Shown here: positions 1 through 12,825 of the stretch, one piece after another
Numbering within the stretch: the first letter of the stretch is position 1
How the letters are laid out: each line of letters begins with the position of its first letter
NCBI GenBank assembly: GCA_943788985.1
Contig: CALSSJ010000015.1
Coordinates: 1-64,000 of the forward strand
DNA: 64,000 bases
Origin: an uncultured Lentisphaerales bacterium
GTDB lineage: Bacteria > Verrucomicrobiota > Lentisphaeria > JABSQK01 > UBA12247
Direction of reading: 5' to 3'
Translations under genes and position numbers: made by a program
Notes under the pieces: generated by a model
What the model saw: only the letters and a program-made list of their open reading frames with translations
Databases searched by the model: none
What the model was told of the DNA's origin: nothing

Positions 1-269
1 TGGCGATCTTGGATGAGACGGACTCAGGGCTGGATATCGACGCTTTGCGTACGGTTTCAAGTGGCGTGCAGCAGTATCGCAATGAGAACAACGCGGCGAT
101 CGTGGTGACGCATTATCAACGCTTGCTGGACCACATTACACCGGACTTTGTCCATGTCCTGAGTGAAGGCAAGATCATCCGTTCCGGCGGCCCTGAGTTG
201 GCGCTGGAGCTTGAGAAGCGCGGCTACGATTGGGTGCGCCAGGAAGCTGGCCAGCTGGCGGAAGCCTGA
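1..269 (+). CDS. sufC: Fe-S cluster assembly ATPase SufC (3' end, truncated by window)
   Basis: [13 protein letters not shown] (Walker B/D-loop), THYQRLL and [14 protein letters not shown] motifs; lies directly upstream of sufD. Confidence 0.95.
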   Translation, partial: AILDETDSGLDIDALRTVSSGVQQYRNENNAAIVVTHYQRLLDHITPDFVHVLSEGKIIRSGGPELALELEKRGYDWVRQEAGQLAEA

Positions 270-1518
270 TGAGCACGACGACCATTTCTTCTCCGTTTGC
301 GGCAGCAGCCACGGCGCTCGCGCCGGTGCGTTGCACAAGCTGCAAAGTCAGGGGCGGGCTCGACTCGAGCAGCTGGGCTATCCTGGGCCGCGCGATGAGG
401 CCTGGCGGTTTACACCGCTGGCTCAAACTCTGACGACTTCCTGGCAGGTCGCGGGTGCGGACGCCGACTATCCAGCGGTGCCGGACTTTGCGCTGAATGG
501 GTACCGGGTGATCCTGCGCAATGGCCGCGTGGATCTGAAAGCCTCCAAGCTTCCCGAGGCTGCCTCGGTCTCTTCGTTCGCGACACTCGCTGATGCACCC
601 GTCGAGCTGAACCAGCTTTTTGCGGAGTCCGCACAATCCTTTGCAGCTCTAAATGCGTCCGCAGCAGTGGACGGTGTGGTGATTCGGGTGCCCGCGGGCG
701 TCACGATCGACGCGCCAATTCATCTCGTGCACCTGATGGCCGGCGAGGACGTGTCGGCGCATCCACGGCACTTGATCGTGGCTGAGCGTGGCTCGGCATG
801 CACGGTGGTGGAGTCCTGCTTTGGCGTTGGCACGTATGTAGCCAATCCGGCGACCGAGATTTTTGTGGCGGAGTCCGCAACGGTAAACCATGTGCGCCTG
901 CAACAGGACAGCATGACGGCCACGCACCTAGGGCTGATCGCAGCGCAGGTTGCGGGAGATGCCACGCTGCACAGCTATGCGGTTTCGCTGGGCGCGGCGC
1001 TATCGCGCACGGAGATCGATGTGGTGATGACCGCCCCAGGTGGGCATGTCGGGCTGCACGGTCTGTATTCGGCAAAGGATAAGCAGGTCGCAGACTTTCA
1101 TACGTCGCTCGATCACGCGCATCCAGATTGTACCAGCGAGCAGATGTACAAAGGCGTGTTGGATGATCGCGGGCGCGGCGTTTTTGCTGGCCGTATCATG
1201 GTACGCCAAGATGCGCAGCGTACGGCGGCGATGCAGACCAATCGCGCGCTACTGTTGTCTGATGACGCGAAGGTGAACACGATGCCGCAGCTCGAAATTT
1301 TTGCCGATGACGTGAGCTGCACGCATGGCGCGACGATTGGAGAACTCGACGAAAAGGCGCTGTTCTACATGCAGTCGCGTGGGATTGATGAAGCGAGCGC
1401 TCGCTCGATCCTGACCTATGCGTTTGCCGATGAAGCGATCATCGGCCTGCCGGTGGACGTAGTACGCCGCTATATCGAATCTCAGCTCACAGGCCACGAG
1501 GAAGGTATGACCGCATGA
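269..1518 (+). CDS. sufD: Fe-S cluster assembly protein SufD (frameshift near 320)
   Basis: EAWRFT, MYKGVLDDRGRGVFAG, PQLEIFADDVSCTHGATIG, LFYMQSRGI. ATG at 269 overlaps the sufC stop; N-terminus [10 protein letters not shown] is in another frame. Confidence 0.93.
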
Positions 1519-2764
1519 ATGCCCCGGTACCGGCCACTGCTGTTTGGGACACTGCCCGCATTCAGCAGGATTTTCCGATCCTGTCGCGCGAAGTGCATGG
1601 CAAGCCGCTGGTCTATCTGGACAGCGCGCGGCTACAACCCAGCGCCCAGTATCGGTAGTCGAGGCTGTACGTAAGTTTGACCTGACGCACAACGCGAATG
1701 TGCACCGCGGCGTACACCTGCTGAGTCAAGAGGCGACCCAGGCCTACGAGGGCGCGCGCGAGAAGGTGCGGCGTTTTCTGAACGCCGCGTCTGTCCGCGA
1801 GATTCTGTTTGTGCGGGGCACGACTGAGGCGATCAATCTGGTCTCAAATTCCTTCGGCACGAGCAAAATTGGTGCTGGCGACGAGATCGTGGTCTCCTCG
1901 CTGGAGCACCACTCGAACATTGTGCCGTGGCAAATGTTAGCCGAACGCACCGGTGCCGTCTTGCGGGTGATCCCAATGTCTGACAGCGGCGATCTGGATC
2001 AGGAGGCGTATCGCGAACTGTTGAACGCGCGCACCAGGCTGGTGGCACTCACCCATATTTCGAATGCCCTGGGTACGGTGAACCCGGTGCGCGAGATGAT
2101 CGCCGCCGCGCATGAACACGAGATTCCGGTGTTGGTCGATGGCGCGCAGGCAGTGGCTCACACGGCAGTAGATGTGCGAGAACTGGACTGTGATTTCTAT
2201 GCGTTCTCTGGGCATAAGCTCTATGGGCCGACGGGAATTGGCGTCCTGTATGGCCGCGAAGCGCTGCTCGAGGCGATGCCGCCGTGGCAGGGCGGAGGCG
2301 ACATGATCGCGTCTGTTTCGTTCAGCGGCACCACCTACAACGAGCTGCCTTATAAGTTTGAGGCGGGCACGCCCAATATTAGCGGAGCCGTTGGGCTCGG
2401 TGCGGCCGTAGACTACGTCGAAGCGCTGGGCCTGGAGGCGATCGCCGCCCACGAGGCGGACTTGCTGGACTACTTGGTCGCGCAGCTGTCGAAGATCGAT
2501 TGCGTGCGGCTGATCGGGGAACCGGCGGTGCGTGGTGGCGCGGTTTCCTTCTTGATTGGGGATGTGCACCCACACGACATTGGTACGATCCTCGATTGTG
2601 AAGGCATTGCGATACGCGCGGGCCATCACTGCGCGCAACCGATCATGGAGCGCCTTGGCATTCCCGCCACTGCGCGCGCCTCGGTAGGTGTCTATAATAC
2701 CAAAGCTGATATCGACAGCTTAGTCGCCCCCCTCCCACAGATTGCAGAGATGTTTGCCCGATGA
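1515..2764 (+). CDS. sufS: Cysteine desulfurase SufS (frameshift near 1628)
   Basis: DFPILSREVHGKPLVYLDSA then ATTQRP in the next frame; SGHKLYGPTG PLP site; RAGHHCAQP. Confidence 0.95.
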
Positions 2765-3204
2765 GCATGCTGGAACTCTATCAAGAAGTCATTTTAGACC
2801 ATAATAAATCCCCGCGTAATTTCCGGGACATGGACTGCGCCTCGCACAAGGCCTGCGGCAAAAACCCACTTTGTGGTGACGAGCTCGATCTATTCCTGAA
2901 TATTGAAGATGGTGTGATTCAGGACGTCAGTTTCACGGGCACTGGCTGTGCGATCTCCGTGGCGTCTGCGTCCTTGCTGACTGAAAAGCTAAAGGGCCGC
3001 ACCGTGACTGATGCCGAGGCGATTTATCGCGAGGTTCATATGATGTTGACCGGCGAAAGTGATGTAGATCCCGCCGAACTGGGTAAGCTGGCTGTTCTGT
3101 CCGGCGTTTGTCAGTTTCCTGTGCGCGTGAAGTGCGCGTCCCTGGCCTGGCATACGATGCATGCCGCGCTACAGGATCGGTCAGAAGACGTGTCGACGGA
3201 GTAG
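2761..3204 (+). CDS. sufU: SufU sulfur-transfer protein
   Basis: LYQEVILDH, NPLCGD, GCAISVASAS, RVKCASL. Confidence 0.93.
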   Translation: MSMLELYQEVILDHNKSPRNFRDMDCASHKACGKNPLCGDELDLFLNIEDGVIQDVSFTGTGCAISVASASLLTEKLKGRTVTDAEAIYREVHMMLTGESDVDPAELGKLAVLSGVCQFPVRVKCASLAWHTMHAALQDRSEDVSTE

Positions 3205-3206
3205 CT

Positions 3207-3644
3207 ATGCTCAAACTGGGAAGAAAAGTAGAATACGCGCTAATCTCGCTGTACCATCTGGACTCACTGGATGAGGGCGAGCTGGTGGCCAGCCGTGAGA
3301 TTGGGGAGCGCTACAAGGTGCCGCAGGATGTGCTGGGAAAAGTGCTGCAAGCACTGAATCGCGCCGAGCTGATCGTGTCTGTCCAGGGGGCCAAGGGCGG
3401 CTACCTGCTGAAGCAGCCACTTGCGGAGATTGCACTTGGTGACGTCGTAGAAGCCGTGGAAGGCCCCGTGAATCTTGCCAAGTGCACCTGCCGGACGCCG
3501 GAGCGGGTCTGCCCGCAGCAGGCCTGCTGCAACATCCGTGACCGGGTGCATCAGCTGCAGAGCGCGCTGAATGGCTTTCTCTTTAGTTTTCGTCTCGACT
3601 CTTTTACGCCGGAATCAGTAATGTGTGAGGAACCCGCGCTATGA
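3207..3644 (+). CDS. Rrf2-family transcriptional regulator (IscR/SufR-like)
   Basis: KVEYAL, winged HTH with VQGAKGGYLL, AVEGP and a Cys-rich C-terminal segment. Confidence 0.88.
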   Translation: MLKLGRKVEYALISLYHLDSLDEGELVASREIGERYKVPQDVLGKVLQALNRAELIVSVQGAKGGYLLKQPLAEIALGDVVEAVEGPVNLAKCTCRTPERVCPQQACCNIRDRVHQLQSALNGFLFSFRLDSFTPESVMCEEPAL

Positions 3645-3991
3645 TCACGAAGAAGCAAGAAGCCGTTGAAGTAGAAGAAGAGATTGTACTGACTAAGGAA
3701 GGTCTGTACGACGTGATCCGTCCAGTCATTGACCCCGACATCGGGATCAGCATTGTGGATCTTGGCCTGATCTATGACATTTTGATCGAAGACAGCGGCA
3801 TGATCGAAGTAGAAATGACCATGACCACGCCAGCGTGTCCCTATGGGCCACAGTTGGTGGGCGAAGTGGAATACATGCTGCGGCAGACCAAGGGCGTGAC
3901 CGACGTACATGTCGAGATTGTCTGGGATCCGCCATGGTCAATCGACAAGATGGACGAAGCGACACGGCTGAACTTGGGGCTCGATCTGTAA
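3641..3991 (+). CDS. DUF59/SufT-like Fe-S maturation protein
   Basis: DPDIGISIVDLGLIYDI, MTMTTPACP, VWDPPWS. Confidence 0.9.
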   Translation: MITKKQEAVEVEEEIVLTKEGLYDVIRPVIDPDIGISIVDLGLIYDILIEDSGMIEVEMTMTTPACPYGPQLVGEVEYMLRQTKGVTDVHVEIVWDPPWSIDKMDEATRLNLGLDL

Positions 3992-4330
3992 GACATACGG
4001 TATGATGTGAGCTACATGAAACGTAGCCTCTTGGCCAACCTGAGATAGGCCGCAATACTCACCGCGGTTCCTCGCCCGCCTGCGGACAGCGCGGGCAAGG
4101 TGGGCTGGGACGGTCGCTGCTTCCTGAGCCAGACGTTCGCTTCGCAGCTTGAGTACGCACAGAGTTTCGGCCAAGTTGACTAAGCCCTCTGCCTCAAGTC
4201 GCTCGTCTTCGCTAAGCTGCGCACCGCCATCCTGCCGCTCGAGAAGTTGGTGTAAGCGGGCCTCGACCCAGTGTGACAAGCGGAAATGTGCCAAATCGCT
4301 GGGGTGCTCGATTTCAAACTTCGCTGTCAT
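3985..4330 (-). pseudogene. Small helical protein fused to a truncated HNH endonuclease N-terminus (remnant)
   Basis: MTAKFEIE...LLERQD...ERLEAEGLV runs into RAVRRRARNRGEYCGLSQVGQEATFHVAHIIP (degenerate C-x-x-C ... H-x-D-H); the remainder is missing where it meets the sufT 3' end. Confidence 0.6.
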
Positions 4331-4527
4331 GGGATAGGCCCTCGCCGATGTCCGCTTGCTCGCAGGGCTCACCGGCGCTCCACTCCAAGACACCGATATA
4401 GCAGCGATAGCGGGAGGAGGCAAGACCCATGGGAGAGGCGTGCACAAGTGCCCAGCTGCACCAGCTGTGTTGTTCCCTATGCGGTTGCGGTTAATTAAGG
4501 TGTGATTTACTCCCAACTCCCGTGCCT

Positions 4528-7500
4528 ATGTTGATGCGAACTGCGCGCCCTCTGATCTTCCTGCTTTTTCTAACGTCCTCTGCCATCGGCGAGGTCGCCG
4601 TGCTACCGCTGCGTGCCCCAACCGGGAACCTCACGTTTCCGGTGGCTGCGGACTCCGCAATCCAGATTACGCTGTCGGCGGCAGGATGAGCGGGAGCAGT
4701 GGCGCGCGCGGCTGGACGCAGAGCGGGGGATTCAACTCTGGCAGCGAGACGCGGAGGACGAGCGCCTGCGCAAGTACACGGGCCCAGCCACGCAAGTTGC
4801 GGACTCCGCAACGCCTGGCACTGCCGAGACGATGATGGCCAAGCTGCGGCCCCATGAGTGGACGATTTATCTGGGGGAAGGCGAGGTGCTGCGTGTGCCA
4901 GCTGCGTTCGCGCCCGCTAGCGTGGAAGTGGAGGCTGCAGGGATCACCACGACTGCTTTTCGATTTCAGAAGGTTGCGCCGTTTGTGCGGTTAGATGGCT
5001 TCATGGGGGCGGAGGGTGAGGGAGTTCAGCCGCTGGCAGACTGGGAAATCCTGTCCGGTGACTGGGGCAGTGCGCTCGGTCATGGATGACGCGCTGGAGC
5101 AGCGCACCAGTAAGAACCTGCAGAAGAAGCCGCTGGATGAGGAGCGCAGCCCAAACTTCTACAGCCTGCTCGGCAAGGCACCGGCGGAAGGGATCGCGGA
5201 GATTGCGACCGGATATCCGTTTGCAGACAACTACGAGGCCGCGGTGTCTATTTTTAACCGCGCCCGGTGCTGCTGGGCTGACCTTTCTGCACAGCACGGA
5301 TGATCGTCTTTACCGGTTTGAGCTGCGCATTCCAGAGCGAAACGGGGAGAACTCCCGGGCGGTGCTATCGCGTGAAGGGGCGGGGGATCGTGAATTTCTG
5401 CAGGGCGCTGAATTCCAATGCCAGACGGGGCAGTGGATCCGCCTGCGCGTGGCCGCCGGGAGTGGACGCTTGCGGTGTTATGTAGATCACACCTGTGTGA
5501 TCGATGTGAACGAAGCCTTGCCGCCGGGCGGGAAGGCCGGGCTGTTTGTGCGCGATGGCGCATTTCGGTTTGATGACTTTCGCCTGGCTAGCCTGGAGGA
5601 GTTGTGGCTAGACTCGCATGCGCGACTTCGCTATCATGCGCTTGAACTGGAGGAGTTGAAGCCATTGAAGCTGACGCGAGCGCCTGACGGTGTGGCGATC
5701 GAATCCCGTGGCGGTGGGTCCTGGGTGGTGGGCTCCGAGGACGATGCTGCGCATCCGTTTGCGGCTACCTTCGAGGTCGGGGCCGAGGATTGTGATGTGG
5801 GCATTCTTCACGGCTGTCGCGCCAGTAATCGGGCGCACTCGCGGTTTCGTGTGGTCCGAGAGGGAACGCAGGAAACCTACTTTTTGGAGCGCGTGATTGG
5901 CCCGATGGTCAGGGTGGTCGCAGGTTGGGAACGGGCGAGAACCGCCAGTGACACGCTGCGATTGTGGGCCGAGCCGTACGCGGATCATGTCCGCTTCTAC
6001 GCAAACGATGAGCTGGTTCTGGTGCATGAGGGCACTGAGAATTCTGGTGCGTCCGGGCTGTATGTGCGGAGCTCGCAACCGGTCTCGGTGCTGGAGATTT
6101 CGTATCGCTTGCAGCCGACGAAGCAGTGGCGGAATAAGTACGAGAAGAATCGGGTGTTTGAAAAAGATCCGTATATGCGCCACTGGTCGAGCCCGGAGGG
6201 GGAATGGTCCCACTTCGAGTCGCAGACCTGGCACAAGAGTGATTTCTTGGGGCGGCTTACGGTGCACGTGCCAATCGTGGCCGCTGGTACGCTGCATTTG
6301 GGCGTGGGGGAGGAGTCTGATGAGGCCGAGCTCCAGTTTAGGGCCAGTCAGACTTTGGTGAGCCTTGCCGTGTCGGAGGCGGATGAGCCTTTGTTTCAGC
6401 AGGCACTGCCGCAAGGCGCCAAGCGTTTGTCGGTGGATGTCGACGGCTTTTTTCTCGAAGTGCGCGCGGACGATGCAGTGGTGCACCGGCACCAGCTGTC
6501 TCAGCCGTTGCGTGGGCGGCGGCTGCGGATCGACGGGTATTCTAACCTTACGCAGCTCGCCGTGGATCGCTACGGTGTGCAGGATACGGTGTTCAACAAG
6601 GCGCCGACCGACTGGCTGATCAATGGTGGCAAATGGCAGATCATCAATCGATTTCAATGCGACCCACGCTGGTCGCATATGAACGGTCACAACCTGACTG
6701 GCCTGGCGGCGATCTGGTCCAAGTATCGGTTCAGCGGGGATTTTTGTGTCGAAGTGTATGCCGGGATGCGGCACGGCTACTACGAGCGTTGCGGCGACCT
6801 GAACGTGACGATGCATGGCAGCCGCAATAGCCCAAGCATGGGCTACACCGCCACCTGCGGCGAGTGGGACCCGGAACACACGCAGCTGTGGTCCCGGCTC
6901 TACCGAGCCGGGGAGCAGCTCGATGAGAGCGACACCTATGCGGTGCCGCGCAGGCGCGATGGAAATGTGCGCAAGGCGCGGCACGAGTTGGAGAAGACCG
7001 GTCGCGATGTGCACGGTGCCTGGTACTACCTCAAGATGCGCCGCGTAAACGGGACCCTGACGTACTCGTTCGACAACGAGCAGCTGCTGGAGGCGCAGGA
7101 CGACGAGCCCTTGGAAGATGGGGCATTTGGGTTCTGGACCTTTATGAACTCGGTGATGGTCTCGCGGATCAATGTGGCTGCGGAAGGCATGACACCGCAT
7201 CGCATTGGCTTTCGGCGCATTCCGGCGCACGAGCTTGAGGATGTGCAGCCGGTCGAGCCAGCGGAGGTTTCGCTGACTGGCGTGGAACGGCTGGTGGCAC
7301 TGGTGGAGGACGACTGGGCGTCGACCGATGATGTGGCGCGGGCGCGTGTGGCCTGGGCAGGCAGACTCAACTCGCTGCATCCTCCGGCAGCAACCGTGAC
7401 GAACGTGCTTGGGAGTGGGGAATTCTCGCTGGATTATCTGGGAGACTCTGTGGCCGTAGCGGACGTTGTCGGCTTTCTGTTTACCGCGTCACGAAGCGAT

Positions 7501-10164
7501 GACGCACTTTTTAACTTCCACTTTGACCTGGGCGAAGGCAAGCGTACCGATCGCTACGTACAGCGCCTATGTGGCGCGGAGATTGCCGATTCACGGCTGA
7601 AGCTGCTGGGACATACAGAGGTGGGGCTAAGAGAGGAGGTGGACGTGACGGTCTGGCTGCCCAGCTCCGGGACCACACCTGAGACGCGCATCACAAACAT
7701 CCAGTTTGGCAATCGTGAGCCTGGGCTGATTCTCAGTGGGCTGAAAGGCAATAGGCCTGGCGCTAGCTACACCATCGCGGGATTTACCCCGATTCTCACA
7801 GCGCCGCCCCGGCTTGTCCAAGAGTGGTTCGATGTGGGCGAGATTAGCGGCGTGGTGACCTCGAAGCCCGAGAGCACGCTTACCACAGCTCACGAGGGGC
7901 TTGAGCAAGCGAGCGATCACCTCGCCACGATCAGTCAGCCTGGCCTGAATCGGTTTTGGGTGCGGGTGGTGGGCCCGGGCGGGCACATGACGCGCCAGAT
8001 CGCCTGGCTGGAGGAGAAGGCTGGCATTTCTGTGTTCTGGGATCCGGAGGTGTCTGACGCATTCCTGATCGAAGGGGAGTCCCGGGTTCAGGCGCGGGCG
8101 AAGCTCGTAGCTAAGGTGGCGGGCAAGAAAGTAGAGCTGGAACCCCTGGGCCCGATGCAGTGGCGGGGGCGGCTGGACGATGAGCATTTTGAGCCCGGTG
8201 GTCTCCCCGTGAAGCTGTCGTGGCAAGATGGGAGTTATGCAGATGTGTTGTCGTGGCAGCGCCGGCCCAATCTGCGCGGGCCCGTTCTTCAATCACTGGA
8301 CGGCCTGACGAAGCATCTGGTAAACTTCGACGCCATGGGGCAAGAGCGGGTGGCCTACACAGCGATTGCGCGCAAAGCCCCGCGCGGGGTTGCGGACTCC
8401 GCACATTTGAGCGTGTGCAACGGGGGCAGGTTGCAGCGGCTACGCGCCCAGCTTGCTACGCAAAAATTGAATTTGGCGAGTCACCCGATTCTTCAGTTTC
8501 GGTATCGGGCTGATCCCACGGCAAGCGTATCGCTGCGCGCTGGCAAGCGCGAGAAAATACAGTTGTCAGAGCCGGTCGGGGCGACGGTGCCGTTCAGTCA
8601 TCAGTTGCTGGGGGACCGTGAGTGGCATACTTGGACGGGAATCGTGGCGCAGACCCCGACTGCCGTGCCTTACTCTAGCAATTTTTATTCCGCTACCAGC
8701 GTTGGATTCGGCTCGTACCACAAGCTTGATCAGACTGGGCCCTGGTCGACATTGGACCTAGATGATCTCGTCTTCGGGCCGGCCGTCAGCGACGCGCTCA
8801 ATTTTACGCCGCGGTACTTTGATTACGATGGTGTCGAGACCGTGCAGATCTGCGTCTGGCCGGGGCTGGAGTCGATTGGGCAGTTGACGACTGAGCAACT
8901 GACTGGGCTGCAGTGGGAGACTGTGATAAACGATGAACCGCATGATCGTGCCTTGGTAGATCTAGCCGACGGCGTGTACCAACTCTATCTGCGAGCGATC
9001 GACACCGGCGGCCGGCAGTCTCAGATCACCTGTGTGCCTTTTCTGGTCGACCGGACAGCGCCGACGGCGACGGTGAGTCGGGAAACCCCGGATGATCCGC
9101 TCTTTAATGGCAAGGTTCTGACCATCACCTGGGATATCGGGACTGGAGCGCCAGTGGACATCGCTAAGCTGGAACTGCTGATCGGCACTTGGAAAGTTGC
9201 CCTCTCGAAGCACACGGCCAAGCTGGAGATTACAGGGACCGAGAACCGTCTGACTGTGGATTGGATCCGGTTATTGCGGCATAGAATTGATGCGGGAAAA
9301 TTTCCGGAGACCTTGAAATTTGTCGGGATGCAGGACGGGGCTGGGAACAGGATAGAGGATCTGGAGGTGGTGTTGAGCAAGCCCGCGCAGGACGAGATGC
9401 CGCCCACTTGGCTGACTCACACGTTCAGTGACGACGTCTTTCGCCTTCCCTGGCCGCAGGCGTTTTCAGAGGTTTACCCGTTTCGGAACGAGAAGAACAG
9501 CGCGGAAATCAAGACCATCCACATCCGCCGGATGGAACCCAGCTACCGGCAAGTGGCTACTGGCGAAGGAAACAAGATGTCGCTGGTTTCGCGCACGTTC
9601 CCCGAGAAGTCACAGTATGTTTCGTTTTGGTGGCGAGTGCTGGACGGGGACGATGCTCCGACGTTGGACGTGGAGATCAGTGCTGGCAGCGGCAAGGAGA
9701 ATCTGCAGGTCTGGCCCGTTGCCGGAGACCACGCGGAGCACATCTCGGTCTCCACTCGCCCGGTGCTAGGTGGTAAAGAAGGCTGGCGCCTGGTGACAAT
9801 TGATGTATCCAGCGTCATCCCAAAGGCCAAACGCATCCGCCAGATCAGCTTTCGAACGCCGGAATTCAAGAAGAAGCAGGTGCTCGAAGTGCGGTCGCTC
9901 TACGTGCATTCTGGGTGGAATGAGAAGTCCGAGCTTACGGTCGATGGCTTTGACCAGTCTGGCATCGAGCATGTGCTCTGGAGGCTGTATGACGCCGACG
10001 GCACGATCATTGACCGGGGCAAGAAAACCGAACATACGTTTAAGCTGGCCGAGTTGTGCCAGAGTGCTGAGCCTGGGCAATGGCTGGACGTGCAGTTTGT
10101 CGACTTCGCTGGGAACAAGTCTGCAGTGGTGAGCGTGCCCGCTATCCTTGCGGCGCAGGACTGA
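4528..10164 (+). CDS. Very large (about 1880 aa) secreted multi-domain beta-sandwich protein; frameshifts in the first 750 bp
   Basis: Signal-like MLMRTARPLIFLLFLTSSAIG; DUF1080/ConA-like motifs (GQWIRLRV, GKAGL..FDDF, WYYLKMRR..GAFGFW); Ig-like AIDTGG and VDFAGN motifs. Confidence 0.7.
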
Positions 10165-10519
10165 CGCGCCTGGCGGGAGTGCCACCAGGCGTAAATCCAA
10201 ATCACAGGATCGCCTGAGTATGCGCAGCTATGGCAACGCTTTCTGGCACCACCCCATCCGGGGCGCGGGGACGAGGTGACTGGCTACGTTCGATTATCCC
10301 TCCGGGATATCAGAGAACTGTGGCTGCTGCCGCCAATGCCCCCCGTAGGACCGCGTCTCCGTGCGCGTTACTCATTTTCGCACCCGCCGTGCCTAATAAG
10401 CGCCCTTCAATCGCTGAAATCTGCACGAAATCGGATACGGTTTCTCGCTTCGATGCTGTTAGGCCGACAGGCTACTTTGGAACGCAAAACCCGGATTTTC
10501 ACGGACCGTCTGCGGTCGC

Positions 10520-10798
10520 TCAGGTGCGGCTGGTGACCTCGAGGACGTGGTAGCCGAACTGGGTCTTGACCGGCCCCTGCGCTACACCGATGGGCGCGCT
10601 GAACACGACTTTGTCGAACTCTGGCACCATCATGCCTGGGCCAAAGGAACCGAGATCGCCGCCGCTCTCACCGGACGGGCAGCTGGAATTCTCCATTGCC
10701 AACTCCGCGAAAACTCCGCCGGATTTAAGCTCTTCGAGCAGTTCAAGACAGCGGGCTTCGGAATCGACGAGAATGTGGCGGGCGGTGGCTTCGGACAT
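10520..10798 (-). CDS. ppiC: Parvulin peptidyl-prolyl isomerase
   Basis: ARHILV, SSCPSG..GGDLG.FGPGMMVPEFD, VKTQFGYH. Confidence 0.95.
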   Translation of the reverse strand: MSEATARHILVDSEARCLELLEELKSGGVFAELAMENSSCPSGESGGDLGSFGPGMMVPEFDKVVFSAPIGVAQGPVKTQFGYHVLEVTSRT

Positions 10799-10932
10799 GA
10801 TACTCTCACTTTTTGGGGGCGAAAAATCCAATACAGTAATGAAGGCCGCGTGACTAGCATTCTCGTTTGCGGTTGAGCGTCCGTTGGACTGAGATAGTGT
10901 ACCGGTTTTGCGCGAACAAACGGACCTTCTCC

Positions 10933-12603
10933 ATGGATACCCCAGCTGAGTCTCTCGACTTCATCCGAACCATCGTTCACAACGACCTGGCGACCGGGAA
11001 GCACGAGTCGATTCAAACGCGCTTTCCGCCGGAGCCAAACGGCTACCTGCATATTGGTCACGCGAAGGCGATCTGCCTGAGTTTTGGTCTGGCCGAGGAA
11101 ACCGGCGGCGCCTGCAATTTGCGCTTTGACGACACGAACCCCACTCGCGAAGACACCATCTTTGTGGAAGCAATCCGAGCGGACATTCTTTGGCTTGGCT
11201 TCAACTGGGATTCGGAGCATTTTACCTCGGACTATTTCGAGCAGCTCCATGCTTGGGCGATTCAGCTGGTCGAGGCCGGGAAGGCCTATGTGTGCGATCT
11301 GTCGCCCGACGAAGCGCGTACCTATCGGGGAACGCTTACGGAACCGGGCAAACCGAGCCCGTGCCGAGACCGCGCCATCGCCGAGAACGTCGACTTGTTT
11401 CAGCGCATGACCGCTGGTGAGTTCGAGGAGGGCACGCATGTGTTACGCGCGAAGATTGATGTCGCCAGCCCCAATCTGAACCTGCGAGATCCGGTGATGT
11501 ACCGCATTCTCAAGGAGCATCATCACCGCACGGGGGACCGTTGGTCGGTCTATCCGATGTATGACTGGGCTCACGGGCAATCAGATTCGATCGAGCGCAT
11601 TACCCATTCGCTTTGTTCGCTGGAGTTCGAGAATCATCGGCCGCTGTACGACTGGTACGTGCGTGAGCTTGGCATCTATGCGCCGCGCCAGATCGAGTTC
11701 GCCCGCTTCAATCTTAGCCACACGGTGATGAGCAAGCGCAAGATTCAGCAGCTTGTCGAAGAAGGGCATGTCGCTGGCTGGGATGATCCGCGCCTGCCCA
11801 CGCTCTCGGGTTTTCGTCGGCGTGGTTGTCCGCCAGCAGCCATTCGCCAGTTCTGTCAGGAAATCGGCATGGCCAAGCGCGTGAATATGATCGAGATCGC
11901 GAAGCTTGAGGGTTGTATCCGGAGCGAACTGAATACTACGGCCCGGCGTTATCTGGGCGTTTTGCGGCCGTTGAAGGTGGTGATCACCAACTATCCGGAG
12001 GATCAGGTCGAGTACCACACGGGGAATAACAATCCCAATGACGAGTCGGCCGGCACGCGCCAGATTCCTTTTTCGCGCGAGTTCTATATCGAGCAAGAAG
12101 ATTTCATGGCGGAGGCGCCGCGTAAGTACTTTCGCCTGACTCCCGGGCGGGAAGTGCGCCTGCGCTACGCTTACTTCGTGACGTGCACGCATTTCGATAG
12201 CGATGACGATGGCAACGTGACCACTGTATATTGTACCTACGATCCAGAGACCAAGGGCGGCAACGCACCAGACGGTCGCAAGGTCAAAGGCACGATTCAC
12301 TGGGTTTCCGCCGCGCATGCGATTTCCGCAGAAGTTCGGCTCTATGACACCTTGTTCACCGTGGAGAACCCCGAGAAACAGGATGAGCCTTTCCTCAACT
12401 TGTTGAATCCGGAATCGCTCACGGTCCTCAGCGATTGCAAGGTTGAACCCGCGGCAACTGAGATCTCAATCTCGCAGGCAGTGCAGTTCGAGCGGCAGGG
12501 CTTTTTCGCACCGGATCTAGAGTCTACGCCCGAGGCGCTGATTTTTAATCGTACAGTCTCTCTGCGTGATGCTTGGGCGAAGATCGCGAAGAAGAATCGG
12601 TAA
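10933..12603 (+). CDS. glnS: Glutamine--tRNA ligase
   Basis: [38 protein letters not shown]. Confidence 0.97.
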   Translation: MDTPAESLDFIRTIVHNDLATGKHESIQTRFPPEPNGYLHIGHAKAICLSFGLAEETGGACNLRFDDTNPTREDTIFVEAIRADILWLGFNWDSEHFTSDYFEQLHAWAIQLVEAGKAYVCDLSPDEARTYRGTLTEPGKPSPCRDRAIAENVDLFQRMTAGEFEEGTHVLRAKIDVASPNLNLRDPVMYRILKEHHHRTGDRWSVYPMYDWAHGQSDSIERITHSLCSLEFENHRPLYDWYVRELGIYAPRQIEFARFNLSHTVMSKRKIQQLVEEGHVAGWDDPRLPTLSGFRRRGCPPAAIRQFCQEIGMAKRVNMIEIAKLEGCIRSELNTTARRYLGVLRPLKVVITNYPEDQVEYHTGNNNPNDESAGTRQIPFSREFYIEQEDFMAEAPRKYFRLTPGREVRLRYAYFVTCTHFDSDDDGNVTTVYCTYDPETKGGNAPDGRKVKGTIHWVSAAHAISAEVRLYDTLFTVENPEKQDEPFLNLLNPESLTVLSDCKVEPAATEISISQAVQFERQGFFAPDLESTPEALIFNRTVSLRDAWAKIAKKNR

Positions 12604-12825
12604 GCGGCTGTTCTCGCCTTGAGCGGAGCCGAGCCCGAACCCGGAATCCCTCAGGGCAAGGGCCAGACAGGGGGATAGCTTCAGACGGAATAAGCGACCC
12701 TGGAGTCGTTGGCGCATTGGCATGCACGTCGCGCAAAGGTAGCTGTATTGAGCTGATTGCCCCTGCCTGTCCGGACGGACCAGAGCAGGCATTTGTTTTT
12801 GTTGAACTTGCCGGACTGGATCTAC

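Noticed and set aside
5608..7380. 590-aa antisense ORF and other long antisense ORFs
   Set aside because: Shadow ORFs of GC-rich coding strands with no recognisable motifs.
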